A stretch of 29,897 nt of DNA from a virus (Duplodnaviria; Caudoviricetes). Below the pieces are notes generated by a model. The model had not been told where the DNA came from. It worked only from the letters and a program-made list of their open reading frames with translations, and searched no databases. The stretch covers positions 1 through 29,897 of the IMG/VR virus record IMGVR_UViG_3300020016_000033. The stretch is one strand, 5' to 3'. Of the stretch, positions 7,255 through 14,676 are shown piece after piece. Position numbers and translations under genes: made by a program. The first letter of the stretch is position 1. Every line of letters starts with the position of its first letter.

Positions 7255-8108
7255 TTGAAAGGTGGTTGCACCTGGTGCGATCCTTCACCGACAACCTCGG
7301 CCGGGTGGTGGATCGGGGTGCCATGATCGACGAGTTCTGCAACGACCAGCGCATGCGCGGCCTGACCGACGCCACGGTGCGTCGGCGTCGTTGGACGCTC
7401 ACCAAGTTCTGCGAAACGTACCTGCTCGAGGCGGCGACACGCGCCGATGTCGAAGCGTTCATCTCGGCCCGTGCCACCGCTGCCAGCCGGCGTGCGTTGC
7501 TCGGCGACCTGCGCGCCTTCTACGTGTTCGCGATCGACCATGAACTGCTCGACAACAACCCGACCGCGAAGGTCGGCAAGATCAAAGTCCCGAAACGCAA
7601 AGCGCACCCGTTGACATCAGCCGAAGTCGAGCTCGCCGTCACGGCGGCCCGCTCTGCGAGTCTGCGGGTGATCGTGATGCTCGGCGCCTACGGCGGGCTG
7701 CGGGTGTCGGAGATCGCCGCGTTGCGATGGGGCGACGTCGACACCGAACGCCGGCTGATCGAGGTGCGCGCCGGCAAAGGGCTCAAGGATCGCAGCGTCG
7801 ATCTAGCAGTGCAGTTGGCTGATGCGCTCGCCGTGTTGCGGCACCGGTCGGACGGGTTTGTGATCGGGACGACCGGTCCGAACGTGTCGCAACGTGTGCG
7901 GGGCCACTTCGCCAGGCTCGGCATCGATCATCGGCCGCATGATCTGCGGGCCACGTTCGCGACGCAGGCGATCGCCCGGTCGGGCGGCAACGTGCCGCTG
8001 GTGCAAGGCTGGCTCGGCCACGACGACCCGCGGACCACGATGGGTTATGTGACGTCGAGTCGTGAGGGTCGCACGATCATCGACTCGCTGTACGGCGACG
8101 CCGCCTGA
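7251..8108 (+). CDS. int: Tyrosine integrase without an evident arm-binding domain
   Basis: Catalytic set GLRVSEI (R), GKG (K), HDLR, LGH and TMGY (Y). Only 261-285 aa (alternative ATG at 7323); ends YGDAA. Confidence 0.92.
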   Translation: MIERWLHLVRSFTDNLGRVVDRGAMIDEFCNDQRMRGLTDATVRRRRWTLTKFCETYLLEAATRADVEAFISARATAASRRALLGDLRAFYVFAIDHELLDNNPTAKVGKIKVPKRKAHPLTSAEVELAVTAARSASLRVIVMLGAYGGLRVSEIAALRWGDVDTERRLIEVRAGKGLKDRSVDLAVQLADALAVLRHRSDGFVIGTTGPNVSQRVRGHFARLGIDHRPHDLRATFATQAIARSGGNVPLVQGWLGHDDPRTTMGYVTSSREGRTIIDSLYGDAA

Positions 8109-8332
8109 TTTGTTCGCTCGCCCCATCGCCCGCGACACCCGGACGACGTGCAGCGCATGTAGTCCGGCACCGCTACCGCGTCCTGCCACGCGTCATCGTT
8201 CAACATGATGCGCCGCGAGCATGCCGCGCGGGCCTCGTCGTAGTCGGTGGGCCAGTGATACTTGCCGCCGCGTCCGATCGTGTTGTGCCATGAGGCATCG
8301 CGCAGGTACACCCTGGCCGGTGCGGCATCCAT
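8045..8332 (-). CDS. Hypothetical protein convergent with and overlapping int
   Basis: 95-aa ORF with H, C and CxxxxC residues; ATG 14 nt after the CCA of the tRNA fragment. Confidence 0.5.
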   Translation of the reverse strand: MDAAPARVYLRDASWHNTIGRGGKYHWPTDYDEARAACSRRIMLNDDAWQDAVAVPDYMRCTSSGCRGRWGERTNQAASPYSESMIVRPSRLDVT

Positions 8333-8346
8333 GCGGATATCGTACC

Positions 8347-8394
8347 TGGTGGGGCTACGGTGAATCGAACACCGGACCTCATCCTTATCAGGGA
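8347..8394 (-). other. 3' half of tRNA-Ile(GAT): attP-like core
   Basis: Minus strand TCC-CTGATAA-GGATG-AGGTC-CGGTG-TTCGATT-CACCG-TAGCCCC-A-CCA. Anticodon loop, T-arm and 3' acceptor strand are intact, but no matching 5' acceptor strand (GGGGCTA) is present upstream. Confidence 0.85.
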
Positions 8395-8505
8395 AACACT
8401 CAAACCGCTATGCACGTCTTACAGGCACACCGGGTGTCACCGGCTAGGGGTTCCCAGGTAGGTGGTGGTCCTCAACTGGCGAGACATTGGCGCGCTCTGA
8501 GAACG

Positions 8506-8545
8506 CAGAACCCCCCGCCAGTCCGTAGACCAGCGGGGGGTTCTG
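8506..8545. terminator. GC-rich hairpin, probable terminator
   Basis: CAGAACCCCCCGC / GCGGGGGGTTCTG, a 13-bp perfect inverted repeat. Confidence 0.65.
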
Positions 8546-8617
8546 ATGCGTCTCTTTGGCTGAGAACCACCACTCTAGCCGTCAGCGACGGGACGCGCGG
8601 CCACCGTAGACGCGCAG

Positions 8618-8660
8618 AGAGCCCCCGCCTGACCGGGTCAAGGGTCGAGGCGGGGGCTCT
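8618..8660. terminator. GC-rich hairpin, probable terminator of the late operon
   Basis: AGAGCCCCCGCCT / AGGCGGGGGCTCT, a 13-bp inverted repeat just past the pre-insertion end of the late operon. Confidence 0.65.
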
Positions 8661-8775
8661 GTGGGCGTCGAGGGGGAAGCGACGCGAACTAGGTTGCGGG
8701 TCCGTCGATCGGTAGTGGGTCAGTTTGAATCGCGGGAGGGGTTGACGCCGCGAGGCTGATGGGTACGGTGGACAC

Positions 8776-8937
8776 ATGGCTAAGCGGTCAAGCAAGCCCC
8801 GTGACGTGAACTCGATGGCCGCCGCGATCGTCGCTCAGTCGGTCAGCGACGAACCGTTACCGGACCCCGACGAAGGGAAGAACCCGCACGCGGATGCAGG
8901 CGTCAATACAGAAACGCCGGGGCGGGAATCTAGTTGA
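8776..8937 (+). pseudogene. Truncated small basic protein typical of these IS1-like elements
   Basis: MAKRSSKPRDVNSMAAAIV...GKNPHA, then unrelated sequence. The usual (A)VALGRLGG...ARW C-terminal half is absent. Promoter TTGACG-16-TACGGT at 8742-8769. Confidence 0.65.
8893..8929 (-). pseudogene. Probable N-terminal remnant of a VapC45/DUF5615-like PIN toxin
   Basis: Just after the antitoxin stop, the +1 frame reads FPPRRFCIDACI, resembling the first PIN strand (RFxxDEx[I/L]). It is cut at the junction with the convergent truncated gene; start codon unclear. Confidence 0.45.
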
Positions 8938-9607
8938 TGGCGAAGTAATCCCTCACGCCGTGAACCTCATCGAGTGTGAGGTCGTACCAGTCCGCTACCT
9001 CGCCTGACGTTCCCTTTTCTAGATTGGCGATGACCGTGGTGATCGGAACCCGTGTGCCGCGGACGACGGGCGCGCCAAACTGAATCGCTGGGTTGATCTC
9101 GATCCATGGACTCAGTTCCCACGCCGACGCTCCCTGATTGGCGCCTTCAAATCGAATCTCGTCCGCGAAGGTGGCGACCGCGCCGGCCCACGCGAGCGGC
9201 TTGACGTTGCGGCGGGCCTTCTTCCCGATGAGCTCGACCACGTGTGGATCATCCTTATGCCGTCCGGCCCACAGCGATAGGCCATCGGTGTAGAAGACCC
9301 GGTACGCGAACGGACGTACAAGATCCTTGTACTCGGCTCGCAGTTCTTCCTCAATGCGACGGACTCCCTGCAGCGACCAACCCGCGTCGAGGAAGCGGGC
9401 AACTACTTCAAGACTGATTAAGTCATGGAACGTGAGCAACGCATGGCCCTCAATCTCATATGAGGCGGGAACCAGGCCGGTGTGGGTCCAATAGCGAACC
9501 TGTCTCGTCGTCAGCGGTCGCTCGCGACGAGACAGGATCTGGGCAGCCTGCGGAAACGTGTAGATGCCTTCGCCCAGCGACGGGGCATCATCGGTTGTCA
9601 CCGTCAT
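8930..9607 (-). CDS. HTH + DUF433 protein (VapB45-like antitoxin)
   Basis: GIYTFPQAAQIL, LTFHDLISL, C-terminal IEINPAIQFGAPVVRGTRVP...VADWYDLTLDEV. Confidence 0.85.
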   Translation of the reverse strand: MTVTTDDAPSLGEGIYTFPQAAQILSRRERPLTTRQVRYWTHTGLVPASYEIEGHALLTFHDLISLEVVARFLDAGWSLQGVRRIEEELRAEYKDLVRPFAYRVFYTDGLSLWAGRHKDDPHVVELIGKKARRNVKPLAWAGAVATFADEIRFEGANQGASAWELSPWIEINPAIQFGAPVVRGTRVPITTVIANLEKGTSGEVADWYDLTLDEVHGVRDYFAIN

Positions 9608-9681
9608 TACACCGCCTCTCGTCGCTGGGCACCTACAGATCGGAGACTACTCAGAGCCTGTCACAAACTAACGGCAAACGC

Positions 9682-9710
9682 TTGACTATGCCTAGGCGCT
9701 CAAGCATAAT
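9682..9710 (+). promoter_or_regulatory. Transposase promoter
   Basis: TTGACT-17 bp-CATAAT, 7 nt before ATG 9718; overlapped by the inverted repeat GCTTGA...TCAAGC. Confidence 0.6.
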
Positions 9711-9717
9711 GGTCAGT

Positions 9718-9792
9718 ATGAACAAGCTGAGCACGGAGCGCCGCGGCCGCTACCCGTGGTCGGTGTCGCAGATCGCGGCGCTGCTCGACTAG
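9718..9792 (+). pseudogene. Internally deleted IS1-like transposase
   Basis: MNKLSTERR-GR-YPWSVSQIAALLD*: the typical first and last residues of this transposase group joined in frame. Confidence 0.75.
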
Positions 9793-10202
9793 AGCGATAC
9801 TGGCGTCGGGTCGTCGGTTCCGTCGATTAGTTCAAGCTCTACATCGCTACAGAAGCTCACCCGCACCGGTTTGCGACACCGACGAAGTAGAGCTAACAGC
9901 ATCCCCATTTCGGATGCGCGATGGATGGGCAGATCGTCGTCGTCGTCCAGAACCGGAACGCCCGGGCCAGCGGGACAGGATGAGATCAGGTTGATGCCGC
10001 GATCATCCACGACAACGATGTGGCCGCAAAGGCGGCCGTCGCGACGAATCCTTGTGAACGTGTCAGCAACCGTGTCATCCGTCAGAGCGACGACCATCGG
10101 GCCATCCTCGCGGCGAGGTAGCCACGTCCGGAAGTCTTGTTGACTCAGGCATCGCATGACCTCGCGTGCCGCAAACGCGCGCTGTCTAGTCCTATCGTCC
10201 AC
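9789..10202 (-). CDS. IS passenger hypothetical protein
   Basis: 137-aa ORF overlapping the upstream passenger gene by 11 bp; lower GC than flanks by eye. Confidence 0.6.
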   Translation of the reverse strand: MDDRTRQRAFAAREVMRCLSQQDFRTWLPRREDGPMVVALTDDTVADTFTRIRRDGRLCGHIVVVDDRGINLISSCPAGPGVPVLDDDDDLPIHRASEMGMLLALLRRCRKPVRVSFCSDVELELIDGTDDPTPVSL

Positions 10203-10617
10203 CGCCCCACCTCCTGACGTTCTCTTCCCAGTGATCGAAGATCTCCCGCTCGCCTTCGTCGTAGCCCATCCGGATATCGTCTGCCGACTCGATTTTCCTT
10301 AGAACCTTGCGCACCGATTCGCCACCAGACGAGTCGAACCGGTGGATATGCACCTCGTCGTGGCAGCAGTCGATGCGCAGGATAGGACCCCATTCTCCAT
10401 CAAGGTCACCGTCCAACGTAAACACGAAGTCCGTCAGCAGTCCACCGTCCCACCACATCACGGTGATGATCCGCGCCGCGCCGAGATCAAGTTCACGGCA
10501 ATCCTCCGCGCACGCCCGGTATGGGACCGCACGTTGCAGGGGAGGCGGAGGTATCGAGAGATCGGGAACCTTGCCCTTCCGCGAGTTCGTCGGCCGATTG
10601 GTCGTCACACAGATCAA
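10192..10617 (-). CDS. IS passenger protein with R-x-D-x-x-H...HxH motif
   Basis: LTDFVF...W..ILRIDCCHDEVHIHRF...FDHWEEN; first gene of a two-gene operon. Confidence 0.7.
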   Translation of the reverse strand: MICVTTNRPTNSRKGKVPDLSIPPPPLQRAVPYRACAEDCRELDLGAARIITVMWWDGGLLTDFVFTLDGDLDGEWGPILRIDCCHDEVHIHRFDSSGGESVRKVLRKIESADDIRMGYDEGEREIFDHWEENVRRWGGGR

Positions 10618-10663
10618 GCGTAACCAGCGGGTGCGCGATCATCAGGGAACCCAAACTGACCCA

Positions 10664-10840
10664 CTACCCGTCGATCGCCCGTGCGAAGCCGACTGGCGGC
10701 GTCCAGCTCACCAGCACCGACCCGTCGGGGCCGTACAGCACGGTCGGTTCGGCTGCATCCCATTCGACTTCGAGTTCGGGTGATTCGAAGTCGATGTAGT
10801 CCTGGCGGCGTTCATCCCACCATTGGCGGGCCTGCGCCAC
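10664..10840 (-). CDS. Small acidic protein at the end of the late operon (IS target gene)
   Basis: Hand translation: (M)AQARQWWDERRQDYIDFESPELEVEWDAAEPTVLYGPDGSVLVSWTPPVGFARAIDG*. The stop codon is supplied by the IS IR. Confidence 0.6.
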   Translation of the reverse strand: MAQARQWWDERRQDYIDFESPELEVEWDAAEPTVLYGPDGSVLVSWTPPVGFARAIDG

Positions 10841-10843
10841 GCG

Positions 10844-11098
10844 CTACTTCAACGTGTCCGGCGGCGCCGGGTTCATGACTGATGCGGTGCCGGGTTCACC
10901 GATGCCGGACGACACGATCGACGTGAGGATCGACAGGCCGGTGGAGAACGCTGTGGCGACTCCGATGTCCTGCCAGTTGAGCGAGGTGACATCGGTGACG
11001 TTGGTGCCGATCAATGCGAGCACGGTTTGTGCGGCGGTTTTGACTGCGCGTTCGAGGGCGTCGAGCCAGAACGATCCGGTGAACAGTGGGCGGGTCAT
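10844..11098 (-). CDS. Holin, r1t family
   Basis: FWLDALERAVKTAAQT...NWQ...LSILTSIVS; AGGAG RBS. Confidence 0.88.
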   Translation of the reverse strand: MTRPLFTGSFWLDALERAVKTAAQTVLALIGTNVTDVTSLNWQDIGVATAFSTGLSILTSIVSSGIGEPGTASVMNPAPPDTLK

Positions 11099-11105
11099 GA
11101 TGCTC

Positions 11106-11177
11106 CTAACGGCGATGGCCGACGATGAACAGGCAGAGGGCGATGATCGCCAGGATGACGAGAACGGTGATGAGCAT
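11106..11177 (-). CDS. 23-aa single-TM peptide in the lysis cassette
   Basis: MLITVLVILAIIALCLFIVGHRR*; TGATG coupling to the upstream gene. Confidence 0.55.
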   Translation of the reverse strand: MLITVLVILAIIALCLFIVGHRR

Positions 11178-11740
11178 CAGGGGCCTCCGTTGGCGGTGAG
11201 GTATGCGAGCACGGCAAGCACGGCCACCAGAAACGAGATCCCGGCACCGATCGCGGCGTACGTCGCACCGGTCGCGCCGCGCTGCTCAATGACCTGAGCC
11301 TTCCCCCCGACCGTCTCGTATTGGGCGCGGCGCAGATCCGCGATCGCGGTCTGCAGCGGTTCGAGGACGGCGATCAGTTTGGCGTCGAACGCTGTGGCGG
11401 TCGAGGCGACTGTTTGGCGGATGGCGTCAGCCTGCGCGGCGGCGACGTCGGCGGCGCGTTGCACGTTGCCGACATCAACGGCGCGGATCGCGTCGATGCG
11501 TGCCGACTCGGCTCTACGCAACTGCTCGCCGCGGTCACGCAATAGATCCTCGTAGTAGCGGCGCTGCGTGTCTTTCTCCGCGTTGCAGTGCTCCCGCAGC
11601 GCGGCGAGGTCGTCGAGCCGTTGGACGGCGGCCTGGAGGATAGCGACGACGTTCGCGGTGGGGTCGATCACCGGCCGTCCTTGTGCGTCGACGCCGGGGC
11701 CGGGCGGCATCTGCGCTGAGACGTCAGCGGGTGCGGTCAT
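11177..11740 (-). CDS. Coiled-coil protein with a C-terminal TM anchor (lysis accessory)
   Basis: Long helical A/R/Q region, then YAAIGAGISFLVAVLAVLAYL. Confidence 0.7.
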   Translation of the reverse strand: MTAPADVSAQMPPGPGVDAQGRPVIDPTANVVAILQAAVQRLDDLAALREHCNAEKDTQRRYYEDLLRDRGEQLRRAESARIDAIRAVDVGNVQRAADVAAAQADAIRQTVASTATAFDAKLIAVLEPLQTAIADLRRAQYETVGGKAQVIEQRGATGATYAAIGAGISFLVAVLAVLAYLTANGGP

Positions 11741-11784
11741 GGATTGACGAGAGACGCAAGCGAAGACGCGGCGAGCAGCATGGG

Positions 11785-12135
11785 TTACTCCTGGTCGGTG
11801 GCACGGGTGCGGAGATCTGGGGGCCGTATGTTGAGTTTCGTTTCGACGGCCGCGAGCCGGGATTCGACTTCGACGAGGCGCACGTCGACGCCGTCGAGAC
11901 GTGTCTGGACGCGTGTGTGGTCCGTGGTGTTCGTTACCCGCAACTCGTCAAGCGACGCGGTGACTTTGGTTGACAGGTGCGCCATGTCTGGGGCCATCAC
12001 CTCCAACACAACCTGACCAAACGAACTCGACATCGACCGCATCAACCAGCGGCCGACATGACGCGCGGCCCACACGGCGCCGAGCGACAGGATCGGCGCG
12101 ATGACCGATAGAGCGACGATGTCTCGCCATGCCAT
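11785..12135 (-). CDS. N-terminal TM + coiled-coil protein (lysis accessory)
   Basis: IVALSVIAPILSLGAVWAA, then RLDGVDVRLVEVESRLAAVE heptads; GAGAGG RBS. Confidence 0.7.
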   Translation of the reverse strand: MAWRDIVALSVIAPILSLGAVWAARHVGRWLMRSMSSSFGQVVLEVMAPDMAHLSTKVTASLDELRVTNTTDHTRVQTRLDGVDVRLVEVESRLAAVETKLNIRPPDLRTRATDQE

Positions 12136-12188
12136 TCGACAGCCTCTCGTCCGTCGGGGGCCCAAGCCCCGGTGTCAGGCCGAGATCG

Positions 12189-13046
12189 TCACGTCAGCGC
12201 GTCCTGGCCCCAGATGCCGCGGTATCCGTCGGGGCAGTCCCCGACCAACGTCCACTGGCGACACGCCGCGCGCTCCACCAGATCGGTCGCCGGGAGGTTG
12301 CCGAGTCGCGCCCACTGCTCACCCGAAATCCACACGGCGGTGACACCGTCACCCGACGCGAACAGCGGGCCGGCGTTCAGGCCCGACGGCTTGACGTTGA
12401 ACAACTTGAGCACAGGTTCCTCCGGGGGGGGTGCGAGGTCGAGTTCGCCTTCGGTGGCGAGCTGCGAACGGATACCGGCACCGGCGCACGCTGTCGGCGT
12501 GCCCGTGCCCGACGTGACGGTGAGCGTGCCGTGGTCCGTGAACACACCCTTGAAATCGGGGCGCCCCGAGCGGTGGCGCGTCTCACGCCCGATCGCGCGA
12601 GCCGACCGCCACATTGCGTCGTTCGCTTTGTCGGGTCCGTCGACGAAGAACAGGACTGCGATCGTGTGCCCGTTGTGCTGGTTGGTGGCGGCTGGCAGGA
12701 AGTCGAAGCCTCGGATCTCCCACACGCCGGCCTGCCAGTCGACGGCGAAGCTGTAGCCGGTGTGGTAGCCGGGGAAATAGACGTTGTCGACCTTGCGGAC
12801 ATAGCCGCCGCCAGTGCGGTTGGCGAGGTAGTCGCGTTCGATGGCACGCAAGTAGTCGCGCATTGTCGTCAGGTCTTCGCCGGGGTCGCCGTCAGGAACG
12901 TTTTTCGCCCCGGTGTAGTGAGCGACCATCGTGTCAACGTTGCCAAGCTCGGCAGGAGTTGGTAGCCGGGTGAAGTCGAGCGCCATGCGGAAGCCGACCT
13001 GTTCCCATTCGGTGCGGGGATGGAAGACCGCGACGTCGGGGATCAT
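12189..13046 (-). CDS. Endolysin, N-acetylmuramoyl-L-alanine amidase (Amidase_2-like)
   Basis: PRTEW, VAHYTG, GYSFAVD, WEIRG, HNGHTIAVLF, DHG...TACAG. Confidence 0.8.
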   Translation of the reverse strand: MIPDVAVFHPRTEWEQVGFRMALDFTRLPTPAELGNVDTMVAHYTGAKNVPDGDPGEDLTTMRDYLRAIERDYLANRTGGGYVRKVDNVYFPGYHTGYSFAVDWQAGVWEIRGFDFLPAATNQHNGHTIAVLFFVDGPDKANDAMWRSARAIGRETRHRSGRPDFKGVFTDHGTLTVTSGTGTPTACAGAGIRSQLATEGELDLAPPPEEPVLKLFNVKPSGLNAGPLFASGDGVTAVWISGEQWARLGNLPATDLVERAACRQWTLVGDCPDGYRGIWGQDALT

Positions 13047-13168
13047 CGCAACTCGAGACACGCCCACGCGGACATCAGGCCGAGGATGACGACGATCCCG
13101 ACGACGCAGGCGAGCATCCCCCACGAGTAGGTGAGCTCGTCGTCGCGGGTGAGTCGTGGCCGTCTCAC
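13043..13168 (-). CDS. Small membrane protein
   Basis: GTGA/ATGA coupling; MLACVVGIVVILGLMSAWACL. Confidence 0.55.
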   Translation of the reverse strand: MRRPRLTRDDELTYSWGMLACVVGIVVILGLMSAWACLELR

Positions 13169-14028
13169 GGCGTCAGGAACCTGATGATGACGATCCCGGA
13201 GCCGCCCGCGCCGCCAGCGGTAGCGAACGTCGAGAAGTTCCCGCCGCCACCGCCACCGCCGCCCTTGTTCGCCGTTCCGGCTACACCATTGACGTCGCTC
13301 GTTCCGCCGTTCCCGCCGCCACCGGACCCGCCGGCACCGTTCGACGTGAACCTGCCGCCACCACCGCCGCCGGCGTAGAACGTGCCCGAGCTGGCCGGCC
13401 ATTCGGTTCCGGCGCCACCGTTCGACGTCGTCGCCGACGACACACCTGCCGCGCCGGCACCGCCGCCGCCGCCGCCGGCGTTGTCGGCGGATGCTCCTTG
13501 GCCGCCTGCGTTGCTCAACGCCGAACCTGCCGCCGCGCCCACATCAGGCGAACCGCCCGCCGAGCCGCCGCCGCCACCACCGGAGCCGCCCGCTGTCGGC
13601 GCGTACGCGTTGTTGCCGCCACCGCCACGCCCACCGCCCTCAGCGGTAGCGAGCGACCCGAGCAGCGAGTTGCCGCCCGCCGTACCCGCACCCGCTGCCA
13701 GGTCGGAGGCGGTGGCACCGTTCCCGCCGCCACCGATCGTCACCGATTGTGTGCCTGTGATCGTTGCTCCCGCGGCGACGATCGCGCGGCCTGCGCCGCC
13801 ACCACCGCCGCGATGCCACCCGCCACCACCGCCGCCACCACCGACGACGATGTAATCGAACGAACCGCCATCCAACCCTTTCGGGTCGAACGTGCCATTC
13901 GCCGTGAACGTGTGATACGTGTACGCGCCGACCTGCGTGATCGTCCCGCCCGTCGGCAAAACGACGGTGCTCCCCTGCGCCAGCCGGGTGCGGATGCGGC
14001 TGTTACCGGTCGTGCGGAGTTTGCCCAT
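13165..14028 (-). CDS. Glycine-rich virion/tail protein
   Basis: YTYHTFTANGTF...YIVVGGGGGGG...GGAGGSGIVIIRF. Confidence 0.85.
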   Translation of the reverse strand: MGKLRTTGNSRIRTRLAQGSTVVLPTGGTITQVGAYTYHTFTANGTFDPKGLDGGSFDYIVVGGGGGGGGWHRGGGGGAGRAIVAAGATITGTQSVTIGGGGNGATASDLAAGAGTAGGNSLLGSLATAEGGGRGGGGNNAYAPTAGGSGGGGGGSAGGSPDVGAAAGSALSNAGGQGASADNAGGGGGGAGAAGVSSATTSNGGAGTEWPASSGTFYAGGGGGGRFTSNGAGGSGGGGNGGTSDVNGVAGTANKGGGGGGGGNFSTFATAGGAGGSGIVIIRFLTP

Positions 14029-14657
14029 CAGGTGTACTGCGCGTCAACCCAAAGATGCGAGCCGCCGTCGGTGTACGTCGGCCCCGTCGACGAAAACCCG
14101 AACGCGATGCCTGAGGCGAACGACCGGCCGCGTGTCCCCAAGTCGAGCGAGAAGTTGCCGTTGGCGGCAACGACGATCACGATCTTCGGGACGTTCGTCG
14201 ATGCCGGAGCCGTCGCTTTGTCGTGGACCTGCACGAAACCAGCGGCGTCGCAGTAGCCCTGAAACCCGTACAGCGTGCCGGCGGATCCTTTGACGACCGG
14301 GCCGTCATTGTCGAGCGCGGTCGTGGTCGCGTTTGTGGCGGGCGTGACGAGCCCACCCTCGAGCCCGTCGACGTGGCCGTCGATCGTTCCGAGGTTGGTG
14401 TTCACCGTGTCGAGCTTCGTGTTCGTCGACGTGACCAGCGTTTCCAACCCGTCGACACGCCCATCGATCGTGCCGAGCGCAGTGACGACGGTGGCGGCGT
14501 CGACCTTCAACCCGTTCGTCGCGTCAGCAGGGATCTTCGTCTCCGCACCATCAGCGGAGATAGCGAGCTTGACGACCTGCATGTCACCGTTCGCGCCGGG
14601 GTTGACCAGCACATTGATGTCGCTGCCTCCGTCAACGCCTCTACCTATGTCCGCCAT
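14028..14657 (-). CDS. Putative trimeric fibre-like virion protein
   Basis: Internal repeat LGTIDGRVDGLE / LGTIDGHVDGLE, beta-rich C-terminus; AGAGAGGA RBS. Confidence 0.7.
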   Translation of the reverse strand: MADIGRGVDGGSDINVLVNPGANGDMQVVKLAISADGAETKIPADATNGLKVDAATVVTALGTIDGRVDGLETLVTSTNTKLDTVNTNLGTIDGHVDGLEGGLVTPATNATTTALDNDGPVVKGSAGTLYGFQGYCDAAGFVQVHDKATAPASTNVPKIVIVVAANGNFSLDLGTRGRSFASGIAFGFSSTGPTYTDGGSHLWVDAQYT

Positions 14658-14676
14658 GATTTCCTCTCTCTGTCGG

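Larger units (their letters stand above)
8711..10668. mobile_element. Non-autonomous IS1-family-like element carrying passenger genes
   Basis: 17-bp perfect terminal IRs GGTAGTGGGTCAGTTTG (8711-8727) / CAAACTGACCCACTACC (10652-10668); 8-bp TSD CGTCGATC (8703-8710 and 10669-10676); transposase remnant inside. Confidence 0.9.

Noticed and set aside
8347-8425. Complete phage tRNA-Ile gene
   Set aside because: There is no 5' acceptor strand complementary to TAGCCCC, and the D-stem and upper anticodon stem do not pair; it is treated as an att-like fragment.
13180-13850. GCC/CCG-rich low-complexity tract as a DNA repeat element
   Set aside because: It is explained by poly-Gly codons of the glycine-rich tail protein.
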